This document shows, in pieces, positions 49,501-60,926 of a DNA stretch of 64,000 nucleotides (its first letter is position 1; the number at the start of each line of letters is the position of its first letter). The stretch covers positions 71,176,001 to 71,240,000 of the forward strand of contig CM060733.1 of assembly GCA_030704615.1 (NCBI GenBank). The letters are read 5' to 3'. The position numbers and the translations under genes were made by a program. The notes beneath the pieces are model-generated. The model had not been told where the DNA came from and ran no database searches. It saw only the letters and a list, made by a program, of their open reading frames with translations. The stretch is from Takakia lepidozioides (taxonomy: Eukaryota; Plantae; Bryophyta).

Positions 49501-52490
49501 GTTGTTTGCAGTTGCCAGGAACTTGGTCTAGTGTTGTGGATGGAAAAACCGTGCCTGTGGCTGTGGACATGATCATCGTGGTCTGCCCAACAGGAATGCC
49601 CATACAGGGCTGTTTGGATGGTGTACAGGTTCCTCCCTGGAATGCTTTTGATAAACGGTATTGGGAGTATGCATTCTCCATTGCTAATGACCTGTTGGAT
49701 GACAATGGATGCTTGGTGTTCTTGCAGGGCTCCGATGATTCCTTTGCATTGGAGCTCTTTTCTTACTCCAGGGGCAGCTCTATTTCCGTATTATCAAGGA
49801 AATATACTTGCATCAATACCACCCCTCTACACACTCAGACAGGAAAGGTAAAAATCATCCCTCTTCAATATCTCATTGTTTGATGTTTCATCTTCCTACT
49901 CTCATACATATTATTAAACCATCCGGGTGCACTGTTTTTGTGGAAATGGCACGTCTAACAAACCATGTTCTTCCACGCCCATGTCCTCACCAAGCATGGA
50001 GGACTATTCAAACTGCGTGAGTCTGGCAAAGTTGTGGACCCCCTTGCAGACCCTGTTGAGTTGGATGCCATCTACAACCACATTCCAGATGTTGCACTAC
50101 CCATGCAAACTCCTCAACAAGCCTGGAGGGGTGCGCGAGACCGTAGTCCCGCCTTCATGCAAGTGTTGTTGGAGACATGCTCACCTCCTGGCTCCCGCAT
50201 TTTGGATCTCACAGCTGGCACATGTTTGCATTGGTCTCCATTTTGTAATTAAAATCTTCTGAGCTGATTCATGATCATTAACTGTTATCCGATATAATAT
50301 CATCATTGCATGTTCTTTTTCCTGCAGGTTCTACATTTATTGCTGCCCGCGAGTCTGGACATCACGTATTTGGTCTTGAGGGGGACCAGACGTTGTATGC
50401 AGCACGTCTCTCTACACTTCAAAATACTCAACCCGTTTTGGTTTCATCTGTGGTAACTCCAACCATTCAACGTCCTGTGAGTTTGTTGGAACCCCCCGCT
50501 CCTAAGGTGGCGCGCAAGCTTGGTCTTCATCTCGGCAGTACTTCCTAGTGAGTATGTCTAGCCTCCATTCCCTTTGTTGCAATCTCTATATTATTTGCAA
50601 AGCAAACCATTCCCATTTGATTTGTTAACATAAGTATACATGTATGTGTGATGCAGTGATGGGATTGTGCGGACCATCTACGATAGTTTACCCCAAAGTC
50701 ATTTTTCATTGTTTTATCTACCTTCGTATGCCGAGTCCCAAGCTTTGCATTCAATACATCAACAACGTGATGCAGGTCTTTCCAATGATCTGTTGTTTGA
50801 CCGAAGAGCAGCTATTGTTGGACAATCCGTGGATAGGTTGCGTAGAGTTGAGGCTTTCATGGATGTGTATGCCTCTGAATCACAGGCTTATGACACGGAT
50901 GATGAAGTATCAGCTGATGATGTTATGTAGGTAATTAGAAATTACATATACAATACATTGTCCTCATTGTCAGTCCGAATTTTTTGTTATTTTTTATTAT
51001 ACATGTATTTCTCTCTAGTGTAAGGTAAAACAAATGGGGCAAATGACATGGTGTTGAAATCAGATTTCATGTTATCTTCCTGTCATTTGATTTATCTATG
51101 TAATAGTTTGTACATAGATCTCTACTGCATTTCATAGATCCCTTTACTTGAATGCAAGTTCGACATGCACTTCAGCACTATCAAATTTCATCATTAGTAA
51201 GATCAACCCTTATGAGTATTGTGGCATGTTATGTACACACAGGGTGACTATCTTTATCTCATTAGTGTTTCATTTCATTAGTGTTTCAAGTCTGAATGGG
51301 TAGTGTAGTGGTATGAACTAGGCTTGATACCCGATAGGTTGTGGGTTCTATCTCTGATGGACATTATGTTTTTGTAAAATAAAAATGTTTCAGAAGATAG
51401 ATATATAGATACTGCAAAACCTATGTAACAAGATTAAATGGGTGGTGGTTTGGTAAGGATTATGTTTTTTAAGTTATGAGATTGCGGGTTCGATTACCAA
51501 TCAATAGTCTTTTTTGTAAAATTGAATTCCCTTGTGGGCCATCGCCATTTACTACCCAAATGCGCAGGCGGACCATCTCCATCACATTGTCAAGCTCCCT
51601 AGCATTCCCTTAGCATTGCTCCATTCTGAACTTCAAACTAGACTCCCACCATTGGAAGAGCCCGTACCTTCACCATTTGTATCTAACAAGGAGCCATGCC
51701 TCGTCACTTTTTAATTTTTCGACCTTTATTCTCATGTTGGAAAGCCATAAAAGCAACATGTTCCTCTCCCATTCCTACACTCACCCATGTGGAATAATAA
51801 TACAATGAATATGGAATATTCTATATGGAATATTCTTATTCCATCCTTTGATATTTTGACTATGGACCCTAAGATTAGATGAATCACAATTTTATTTATT
51901 TATTTGGGTACCCTTATTTAAGTGTTGTGCATATAAAATTGTTCCTATGCATATCTAAAATTTGTATGCACGCATACATTCCTCCATATGCATGCATATA
52001 GGCTACCTCGCCTCTATGCCTTCATTACTTTTGTCAGTAACACATGACATTACTTCCCTTGCCCTTCATGAATCGTCCTGCAACACTCCCTTTCTTCAAA
52101 GCTGTGAAACGATTACTGCACCGCCTTCCTTCACCTGGCTTGAGCACAAATTACCAAGCTGTTCCCTGCACGATTATCCTCCAGCAAGCCCTAAACTGCC
52201 CATTCACCATAGCAGCGACGGCACCGCCTCTTAACTGATTGCTCCATCGCATGCCACGCCGATCTCCCTGTAAGCATATCCTCCAGAAATCGATCATTAC
52301 CAAGAAGATGGCGACACCATTAACACACAGCAGAATCTGCTCTTTGTGTTCCTGCCTACTCTCCCTACTCATTCCATTGCCCGCAGCAGAATCCACTAAG
52401 TGTTTTCCTGCCTACGCTCCCTGCTACACACACTCTTGCTCGTTCTTCTGCTCATAGCACCCGATAGCCATTCCCCGCCATCGCGCATCC

Positions 52491-53020
52491 TGCAGGGATT
52501 GATCTCGTTCATCCGTATGGATGATAAATCATGGATGAACTACATTCATCCGATGGATGAAAAATTGCATGTACACTTAGGTGTTCTTATATCCCGGCCG
52601 AGTGTTCCCCATTGTTCCCATGATGTAATCTAGAAACATGGATGAATCTCATTCATCCGCCAATATAGATCTCATTCATCCGCCGGATGAAATCCATTGT
52701 TCACAGCTTAACCAATTCTGAGCTCAATCATGTTCACGACGTCGAGAGTTAGGGAGGGCTTGAAAAGATAGAAACTGCTGAAGACACACAGCCTGTATGC
52801 GCGGAAGCATTCTCTTCTTAACTTTTGAAATAACCTGTTGGACATGGATGAACTTCATTCATTCACCGGATGAAAAATCAGGGATGAACTATGTTCATCC
52901 AATGGATGAAAAAAACGCAGGGATACTTAATTTCTTTCACACTAGTATCAGAGCCCCTGTCTTGTAGAAATGCAGAATCTGAACAAGTAACAACAAATTT
53001 TTTAATGTTACTCCCCTGCA
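52491..53020. repeat. GGATGAA/TTCATCC-rich element, possible hAT-type end or MITE
   Basis: Many GGATGAA copies in both orientations; bounded by TGCAGGG...CCCTGCA. No TSD seen. Confidence 0.45.
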
Positions 53021-53026
53021 TTCACA

Positions 53027-53680
53027 CTATACTTCCTTCGTCAAAGAAAGCCGCCCTTCAGTAATGAGATCGAGGATGAACAAAGCCGCTGTCTTGCCCT
53101 GCCTGTAGAACCGAGGGAGCCAAATGATGGAGATGGATGTGATTGGGTTGGGCAGTCGGTCGTCGTCCTCCAGATAGTCGTCGATGACGCAGCCAAAAAT
53201 CCAACACACCAAATCAAAGTTCAAATCAAACACTCCTTGATGGTGTAGGAACGTGGTGGCACACGCTGATCGGCGCCTGAAAGATTGGTTCGCAAAAGTA
53301 ATGTCGTCGTCTGCAACGGTTCGGCACAATGGACAACAACTCAAATAAGCTACCTGCCAAGCAAGATGGGCTTCAACAGCCGATTGTACGTTCAAATACC
53401 CCAGGAATGGTGGTTGGCAACAATCTGGCCAACGAGTATTGAACCGGAAAAATGAAGAAATGGGATTGGTTAGTGCACGTGACCCCAAAGGTCCGATCTT
53501 GGATGCTATCCAGTATCCTCGGTATTCTTCAGCGATCGCCAAAATGTGTTGGCGCGTCAGTCGACAGATTACGGCATAATCCCTTGCTCGTACTTCTCCT
53601 GAGTGCGTACTCAAAATGATTCGGTAAAGACCCACCACGCGAGCTTCAAATGATAAATAAAAACGATGGGGCTCTACCAC
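53027..53680 (-). CDS. Uncharacterised ORF (217 aa), probably TE-associated
   Basis: Open frame with GTG start and a CCPLC motif; no family recognised. Confidence 0.25.
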   Translation of the reverse strand: MVEPHRFYLSFEARVVGLYRIILSTHSGEVRARDYAVICRLTRQHILAIAEEYRGYWIASKIGPLGSRALTNPISSFFRFNTRWPDCCQPPFLGYLNVQSAVEAHLAWQVAYLSCCPLCRTVADDDITFANQSFRRRSACATTFLHHQGVFDLNFDLVCWIFGCVIDDYLEDDDRLPNPITSISIIWLPRFYRQGKTAALFILDLITEGRLSLTKEV

Positions 53681-55694
53681 TTGTCATACTGCAACTTCAT
53701 GATAACTGTTAGATCACGATATTCACACTAGCGCAACGATTTTCCTAGGCTCCCTAGGACCTTGCAAATAACAATTTAAGGCTCAACCTTATCAAAGCAT
53801 GCACATGAATTCAAAGGAAAATTAGGTTCAGGGCGTACCGTTTCAAACCTTAATTACCCGTGTTAGTGCAAAATTCAACCACTAAACTCACCGTTAAAAG
53901 CAACCTACTGAACTCCCGGCAGACGCACCACTAATATGACGAACCTCGCTGCGCGTGCAACATCCGCGGGGAAAACGAAGGCTAACGTCGATCCAGGGCC
54001 TGGAGTCCGGCGATGAGGTGGGTTGGGCTCAAGAACCGCCCACCCGTAAAGTGTGTCGCTAAGCTTGGCGGAGGGTCAACGGTCGATGGAGGGAACTGCC
54101 TCCCGCTATCCTAAACTACCAGCAAACGCAGGTTTCAACTCCTACGCTCATGGGGCATAATTCGTTTGTTGTCTCCTACGGAATCTACTCCTAGCTAATT
54201 GTCTTCCAAGTCTTCTTTATTACATCAAAGCACCAATAGCAGTGGAAGTTCTGCAGATGTCCATCACCACACAGTAGCGTTGGCTTAATGGGATCAAGTA
54301 TTTGGCAGGGTAGTTGTGTCTCTGGATAAAGCGGCTCATAGTTTGTTGTGGCAGCTCCCTCCATTGAGGCGTGGGAGAGTGCAGGGGTTGTCTTGTCAAC
54401 TTATGGATAGCACTGGTTCTGGAGATACTGGCATAGGTGTGGGTCGGAGTGACTTGCAGTAGGGGGTGGAGAAACCTGTCAAACGTACTCACTTGCATAG
54501 ACCTCAGTTGAAGGTTGAGCATAACAATATATCTCCGATCTTTTAGTCTCGATTGATTGTTGTCTCTATCTTGGTTCTCCTCCTAGTTGTTGGCGGGTGA
54601 GTTAGTCTTGATTCTCATTAGTCTTTGAGAACTACGACAAGTGAATCGTGTGGGCGGGGACCATTGTGGCAGGGATCGTCGAGCAAGTATGTAGGGTTTG
54701 GTTTGGCTACTTTGCAAGCAAGGTTTTAGTAGATGGCCACTCATATGGAGTTGCATGAGTTGCGCCACTAAGCATTACTAAGAACAAAAGAGGGACGATT
54801 GTTGCAGCGTCCATGTTAGATCGATCAGATCGAACTGACAGAGAGAGCTATAAGTTGGGGGAGGAGCACACCGTCTTCAAAGTTCGGCCTATATTAAGAG
54901 CGATCAAACCCAAAACTATAAGAATGACTAAAGTAAATATGAAAAAGGGCTGGAAAATTGCCAAAATTGGAAGCAGACAAAGGTCGGTGCTAGTCCTTCC
55001 CTCAGCCCAGCTATTAAGCGCATCTAGTACCTTCAAGCTGGGCTTGTAAGCTTCAACGAGAAACTCAGAAGAGCAAAAAGTATGAAAAACTATAATAACT
55101 ATAACATAACATGGAAACCTAAAAGAAACATCTCAATAGAAGCGCTAGAAAAGACAAAATAGCAGAATATGGTGGAGTCGAATTTCAGTATTATTTGTAG
55201 CGTGCAGTAACAAAGAGAGCTCAAACATGAGTTATGGCAACGAGTGTGGCTACAACTGTGAGTGAGTTCTAAACAAGAGGAATGGCTAGTAAGGAATAAT
55301 GAAAAGCTCTAAGATGATGAGGAGGATAGCGGAACCCTAAAAATTAGAAGTTGGCGGAAGTATGCCCACCCCCGAAAGGGGGGCAGTAGCCGCAAGGTGA
55401 AGTGGCTCTTAATTACGCCGGTCCTTTGTTGGGCCGGAGTCTTCTCTCTCTCTTGGCGGAAGTTTTAGAAGAGAGTTGACGGGAGATCGGAGCTCCACCC
55501 TCCCTCGGCATCCTTGTATATTGCCAAAGAGATGCGGTGTGTATGGATGAACGACACAACCGACTTCATCCGTCTCACCAGTTGTTTCACCCAATGTTAT
55601 TTTTCTCAGTCCATCCAAAATGATGTCAAAGATATAAGCAGTATAATCTTAGTAATACAAATGGGGATATCGTATCAATAACAAGTCTGTAGTA

Positions 55695-55880
55695 TTTTTC
55701 ATGTTAGCGGCATTGTCCGTGCATATTTGCACAATTTTCTCACTTCCAACTTCTTCAATAAAGTCCGTCAATAACTAGAATTGATAGGGTGCATCTTTTC
55801 TCTCACCGCTAGTGTCCACAGATCCCAATAATTGTTCCCCTGCAAGACATACGAGCATGACATTGAACAATGGCCGGTTT
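55695..55880 (-). pseudogene. hAT transposase fragment (DUF659-type)
   Basis: Minus strand reads RPLFNVMLVC..LLGSVDTSGERKDA..FIEEVGSEKIVQICTDNAANMK. Confidence 0.8.
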
Positions 55881-56949
55881 TGTCGTGCACCTCACTTCGG
55901 TAAGCTCCCCTTCAAGTTATAGTTACTCGCTTTCATGCGCGCGCCTAACTCCCAACCTGGCCGCTGGGCCAACTCGGAGCTTCGGCTGCTCACCGGGACA
56001 TAATGGTCCCCCTTTTCTCCCCCACGGACCCTCCACCAATTTGGGCCTAGTGGAAATTCCCTTTGGTAGATGGCAGTCCGGAATAGCTCGTTTTCCGGCT
56101 CGCTCGCTTATTCACTAGTTTTTGGTCACCAACGGGCTTGCACCGTTCTCGGGGTTACTACTCCCTATATATACTTCTGTGACTGTCCGCGGGGGTTTCA
56201 CAAACAACCATGCCATTTTATGGCGAACCACCACAAAGACCCTCGATTCCCGGTGATGAGTCGCGGTGAGTCTTGGCCCACCCACCACGGTCCCATTGGA
56301 CTGTGATGAGTCCCAAGACTCCCCACGACTCCCACCACAAGGTCTCCGCCCCATGGTGAGTCCTATGCCACCCCCACTAAGTCCCGCTAAGCTACCACCA
56401 CCCCTTGTGGAGCCACCCCCACCGCAACCCGGTGTGCGAGGCTCCACCTAGTGAGCGCATCTGCCTCCTTGAGTGCCTTGGGCACTCAAGGGTGCTTCAG
56501 CCCCCCGTACCTATTGCTGCCACTGCCCCCACCATAGGGGCAGCCCCTCTTGCGTCCCAACCCTTTGCCCTCAAGACAAAGGGCCGCGACAGGTTTGTAA
56601 CGAAACTCCAACCATATGCTGCTTCCATATTTTCTCATAGAATCGCTATTTCTAGACAACCAGCATGTAGCCCAGTGGTAATGGGTACATACCCCGTTGG
56701 ATGTGGGTTCAAACCACGGTCTAGTGTGTCATGAAGGTGTCCACCTTCCTTGCGGAAGGCAATAGCCCTTCGGGGTGAAGTGACTCCATAAGTTACGCTT
56801 CCTTCGGAAGGCGTCATACTTTTTTTTCCGCTAATTCTATCATTCACTTGTTGGGTGAGGTCAGAGATGACCTCCTCTGGCATCCTGTGTGGAGATCGCG
56901 ATAAGAAGGAGGTGTGTACGTGGACTTTGACTTTGAGGTTGTTTTCACA

Positions 56950-57330
56950 GCCTAAACAAATACAGGAAGCCTAGCCATGTTGAACCATATGTTGGCCTCG
57001 AAAAAAAAGTGTGTCCATTTTTTATCCAAAGCCTTCTTCGGAAACAGGTTAAGGCCTTCGTGCATTGATCGTGCCTTCGTGTTGTTACAATCCTCTACCG
57101 CATTGAGATACATGTGTACAACCGGCCCCTGAACCAACTGCTTGTCCAAGGACACCTGAAGCCTCATAAGAGTTCCATTGGTTACAACTAATCGAGGCAT
57201 TTTGACGTGAACATGGAGTGTTCGGCTCGGAGGTCGTGTCGATATCCGGAGACACGAAAATGTTGCCTCCGCACTTGGCAAAGTGGACTTCCACCCGCAT
57301 AGAGGCTTTAAGGCATAAACCCACCCCATG
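56950..57330 (-). pseudogene. hAT transposase N-terminal fragment
   Basis: LDKKWTHFFFEANIWFNMARLPVF resembles the hAT FFYxNxIPFNxAxSPxF motif. Same strand as, and upstream of, the 55.7 kb fragment. Confidence 0.6.
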
Positions 57331-58450
57331 GTTCTTCCTATTTCCCTCTCTATAGCCGAGGTTATGTAACATCCGATCCATGCGATAATGAAGCTTTATT
57401 GTATATATTGCATTCACTGCAGTCCCATTTGTTCGAGACTAATGTGTACGAAGGGCTCCATTCGTCCCTCATAATCACTCAATATTCCCTGCCATTACAG
57501 GAAAGCGGCGTACTCCATAATTGGGATATTTGTCTTTGTATAATACTTTTCAAATGCAAGCCAAATGTCAGGTAGCGACTGAACCACAAAATGATCTGAG
57601 GCAGTTTTGATTTGATAAAGTGAAAAAGTTTCGACATACACATTAGACAAAGCACCCATACCCACTCTGGACAGATGAGAGAGACAATGTACTCATGGCA
57701 ATCAAATGCCTACAATCTGTGCTGATTCCAAGAGAAAACCAAATCTTCATTGGTGCAAAATCCGGTAGACCTCTGACCCTCCATAGCTCTATGCTTCAAA
57801 TCCCACTGCTATGGGAATGTGGATATTTGCACTAGATGCCCACAACATTAAGTTCCAAGGTGCAGTTGGCGAGTACCTCCCAAATTTTTTAGAAGTGCCT
57901 CCTCAACAAAACATGTGGTCATAAGATTCCAAAATATTTTTGGGAGTTCCCCAAACAAATCAAACTTTCACTTTGTCATGCCAAATCGAACTAAATAAAA
58001 AACCCCAATATAAGATGCACTTGAACCTTGCCCTTGAACATGTTGATTGTGCATAGACCTTGGTACCATTTCCTCTTAGCATCATTTTACTCTAAACCAT
58101 GGCATTCGTAACTTGGTGCTAGATCATGATACAGGCATTGGCATGACCTGGCAAGGAGGGCTGGGAATTCTGTAATAACTCTCTGGAATTATCCTCCACC
58201 TCTGTCATTTGCCTCTCCATATACTCCTTTTAGAGCCGTGCGAGGAGCTGATGAAAAGGAAACCAAATGATGCCCACCTTTGACGGAAGAGAAAATGTAC
58301 TAAGAAGAGTTGAAATCAGCTCCTCCTTGTTGCAACCTGTCAAGCTTCCGAAGGCTTCATTATCGCAAGAGGGGAGTGAGGAAGAGGAGGTACAAGGGGG
58401 AAGTTGGAAATTCCTTCCTCCTCCCCAAGTGGGCTAAATTTAATACATTT

Positions 58451-58452
<2 letters not shown>

Positions 58453-58483
<31 letters not shown>
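58453..58483 (+). repeat. Poly-G tract (~30 nt)
   Basis: Directly visible. Confidence 0.95.
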
Positions 58484-58484
<1 letters not shown>

Positions 58485-58511
58485 AAAATGGGGGGCAAGT
58501 AGGCTAGTTAA

Positions 58512-59316
58512 CCCTTAAGTTCCCAAGCCCTTTTTTGACTTTTCACCAATTTTGGGTACCCAGCTGCAGTAAATTGCCCCTAGAAACCTACCAAAAATCA
58601 TCAAGAGATTCCAGCCTTATAGCAATGGGCCCAGCTCATTTATGCATGACATACCAAAAAATGAGCCAAGTCCACCGTGGAAATTGTGAGATTATAGCGT
58701 TGGCCCGGACCTCAAATATGAGGTCCCAAAGAAAAAGTGAGAAAGAAATTGGTTTGACCAAATCAAAACCTAGCTTTATCCAATTTTGCTTGCCCCAAGA
58801 CCCACCATTTCCAAATCAATAGTGGAGTGGTTGTGACCCCACTAAATTGCAGGTCCAACTGATTTTTTCACCTATGGTTGCTATGCATGCAATTACATGG
58901 GGGTTGAAATCTCAAAATTGACAAGAGAAAATGTGCCTCCAAATGAAGTAATTTTTTTTCTACAAAATTTTTAAAAGCCAATGGTGGATGTGTGTATGTA
59001 ATGCTCACACACCACAAGGTGAAGCGTTTTTTCCAAAATTGCTAATTTTCTGCCAAAAATGGCCTTTGGAGTGCAATCTATTTTGGGCTTGTTTACTGCC
59101 ACGTCAGCGGTCAACAAGCGTAAATGAGAGATCTAAGATATTTTTTGTAGGTAGTAGCTTTTGTTTCTTTTTAATTTTGTTTTTTGCATCATACTCCAGA
59201 CAAATCCCTTGTCATTAAAGCTTCAGGAGTTGGGCCCCATCAGACTAGATCTGCAAAAATTAGGTCGAACTACAAATTCAAAGTGACCCGATTCAGGTCG
59301 CTTGGGAACTTAAGGG
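58512..59316. mobile_element. Non-autonomous piggyBac-like element (805 bp)
   Basis: Perfect 17-bp TIRs CCCTTAAGTTCCCAAGC / GCTTGGGAACTTAAGGG; flanked by TTAA (58508-58511) and TCAA (59317-59320). Confidence 0.75.
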
Positions 59317-59597
59317 TCAACGAATATTAGCATGGCTAAGGTAGTGTGGCAGATTTAATAGATCTCGGCTAAATCGTGCAATGGGGCCTTATGAGGGAAA
59401 AAATTTGATACTATAAGAGGGACCCTTCATCGGACTAAACAGTCGTTAGAAAAGTGTGGGAAGTGTTGATGGGTTCAAATCCACACGGAGTGAGATGTTA
59501 GGGCAAGTGAAGGTGGTGGAGGTAATTCGGACAGTCCGACAGCTGCAGATTGCAGACTCGGAACAAACAAATGAGGGTCCCCGGAAGCGTGGAGGGG

Positions 59598-59607
59598 ACA
59601 CGTGGCG
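59598..59607 (+). promoter_or_regulatory. G-box/ABRE-like motif upstream of the host gene
   Basis: GACACGTGGC in a GC-rich stretch ~1.3 kb upstream of the ATG. A 5'UTR intron acceptor (TTTTGCAG) is plausible at ~60854. Confidence 0.3.
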
Positions 59608-60926
59608 GGGCGGGACGGATGAGACCCGGTGCCAGGGCGGGGCATGGCGACGTGCGATAGGTGCCTCCTTCCTTGCTCTGACTCTTCTCAGGGCTTTTTG
59701 GGGACGTCAGAGAGGTAGGAGAGGGGAAGGAGGACAGGGAGAAAGACGGTTTGCAGCAGTGCAACTATCTGCGCATCCGTTGTGCAGGTCTCGTAATTGG
59801 TGTTTAGGCCATGTCTCTCTCTTGCCGACTGAGCGTCCCTCTGCGCTGTTGCTCAGCCCGTGTAGGCGCCCGGTGTCTATGGTGGCTCGTTGTCGCCTGC
59901 TGTGTGGTTCTTCCTTCAGTCCTTATATACTGACGAGAAGGTCGTGGAAGTTCTAAGAGGTTTCCATGTTAGCAGGTAGCATCATGTGGAGAGTTGGAAG
60001 TCCTGACCACGTACATTGAGGCACAGGTAGGCTGCAAATGCAAGCACACTTCTCATCAATTCTAGCCGGATCATGTAGAAGCTTCTCGATCTGATTTGGA
60101 TCTGGTGTGTTTGCCGAGGACTTGGGTGCTTCACAAATGCACTGGCTCTTCTGATGAATTGTTGGAGACTGCTTTGGCGATCGATGGAAGGTTGCAGATC
60201 TGATCTTGGATGATCAGGATAGACTAGAGTTCCGGTTGTCTGTTGTATGTGATGGTGTTGTAGAGTACCTTCGTTGATGTCTTGTTCATGAGTTGGAGCC
60301 ATGTTTGTCCGTACATGGTATGAGAGAAGCACGCTCATAGTCTGCTCCATTTTACTCTGTAGTAGCCTAGCAGGGTTCGTGCTGGCTGCTATGGAGTTTT
60401 ACGGTATGAGCAAGAAAGGGGCGTTGTAGTATACACCGTATGTATCTTTGCAGAGCAGTACTGCAAGCCGATATCACGATCTCGCTTCCAGCTGTGTTGG
60501 CTAAGTGTAATCCCACGCGCGGGCTCTGTTCAAGGGAAATGTGGGGATCAATCATTTCTTTGTCAATTGTTGTATCAAATGATGTCATGGGTTCTTGACA
60601 TCTTTACCGCCGCTTTCAGGAAAGAATTTAGCTCATAGCGACCAAACTGTACGAACTCACGGAAGGATCGGGGAGCAACTTCCTAACCGTCGTGATACTT
60701 GCACTTGTGCCGTGTATTGAACAGGAATCAGACGCTCCTTCTTATTTACTTAATTTGCCGTATTGCGAGGTCGCAAGGTCATTAACAGCGTGATTTGTTG
60801 GAATTACGTCTCTGAAGCTACATATGTGCTTGTTTGCTGATGGTGGTTTTGCAGGATGACATATCATTTAGTCTTGAATTTGGAAGCAATTTAGACCTTG
60901 GATTCTGGTCAGCATAAACACGGGCG

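Larger units (their letters stand above)
44651..50930 (+). pseudogene. Divergent ParB-MTase fusion gene (copy D)
   Basis: Exon 1 (~44651-44815, RRRRRISALYY, start uncertain); exon 2 from 46785 with IPLCRMISMQVVRPALANDILKL...GKMFHV*DGNHRL; later DMIIVVCPTG and RSPAFMQVLLETCSPPGSRILDLTAGT|STFIAARESGHHVFGLEGD. Most intron positions shared with copy A. Confidence 0.8.
40426..52009 (-). mobile_element. Copy D: end-to-end (11.6 kb) divergent MULE/ParB-MTase transposon with TIRs and TSD
   Basis: Left end GGGGGTTGCTATTCCATATGC; right end (reverse complement) GAGGTAGCCTATATGCATG. Flanking direct repeat GCCTCTAT at 40418-40425 and 52010-52017 (extends to CGCCTCTATG). Confidence 0.85.

Noticed and set aside
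52942-52953. TAGTATCAGAGC as an iMet PBS marking an LTR element
   Set aside because: One mismatch, no second LTR and no gag-like ORF downstream.
56253-56261. GTGATGAGT as the second TSD of copy C (matches 26347-26355)
   Set aside because: No terminal motif precedes it, it recurs at ~56303, and a 9-mer match can arise by chance.
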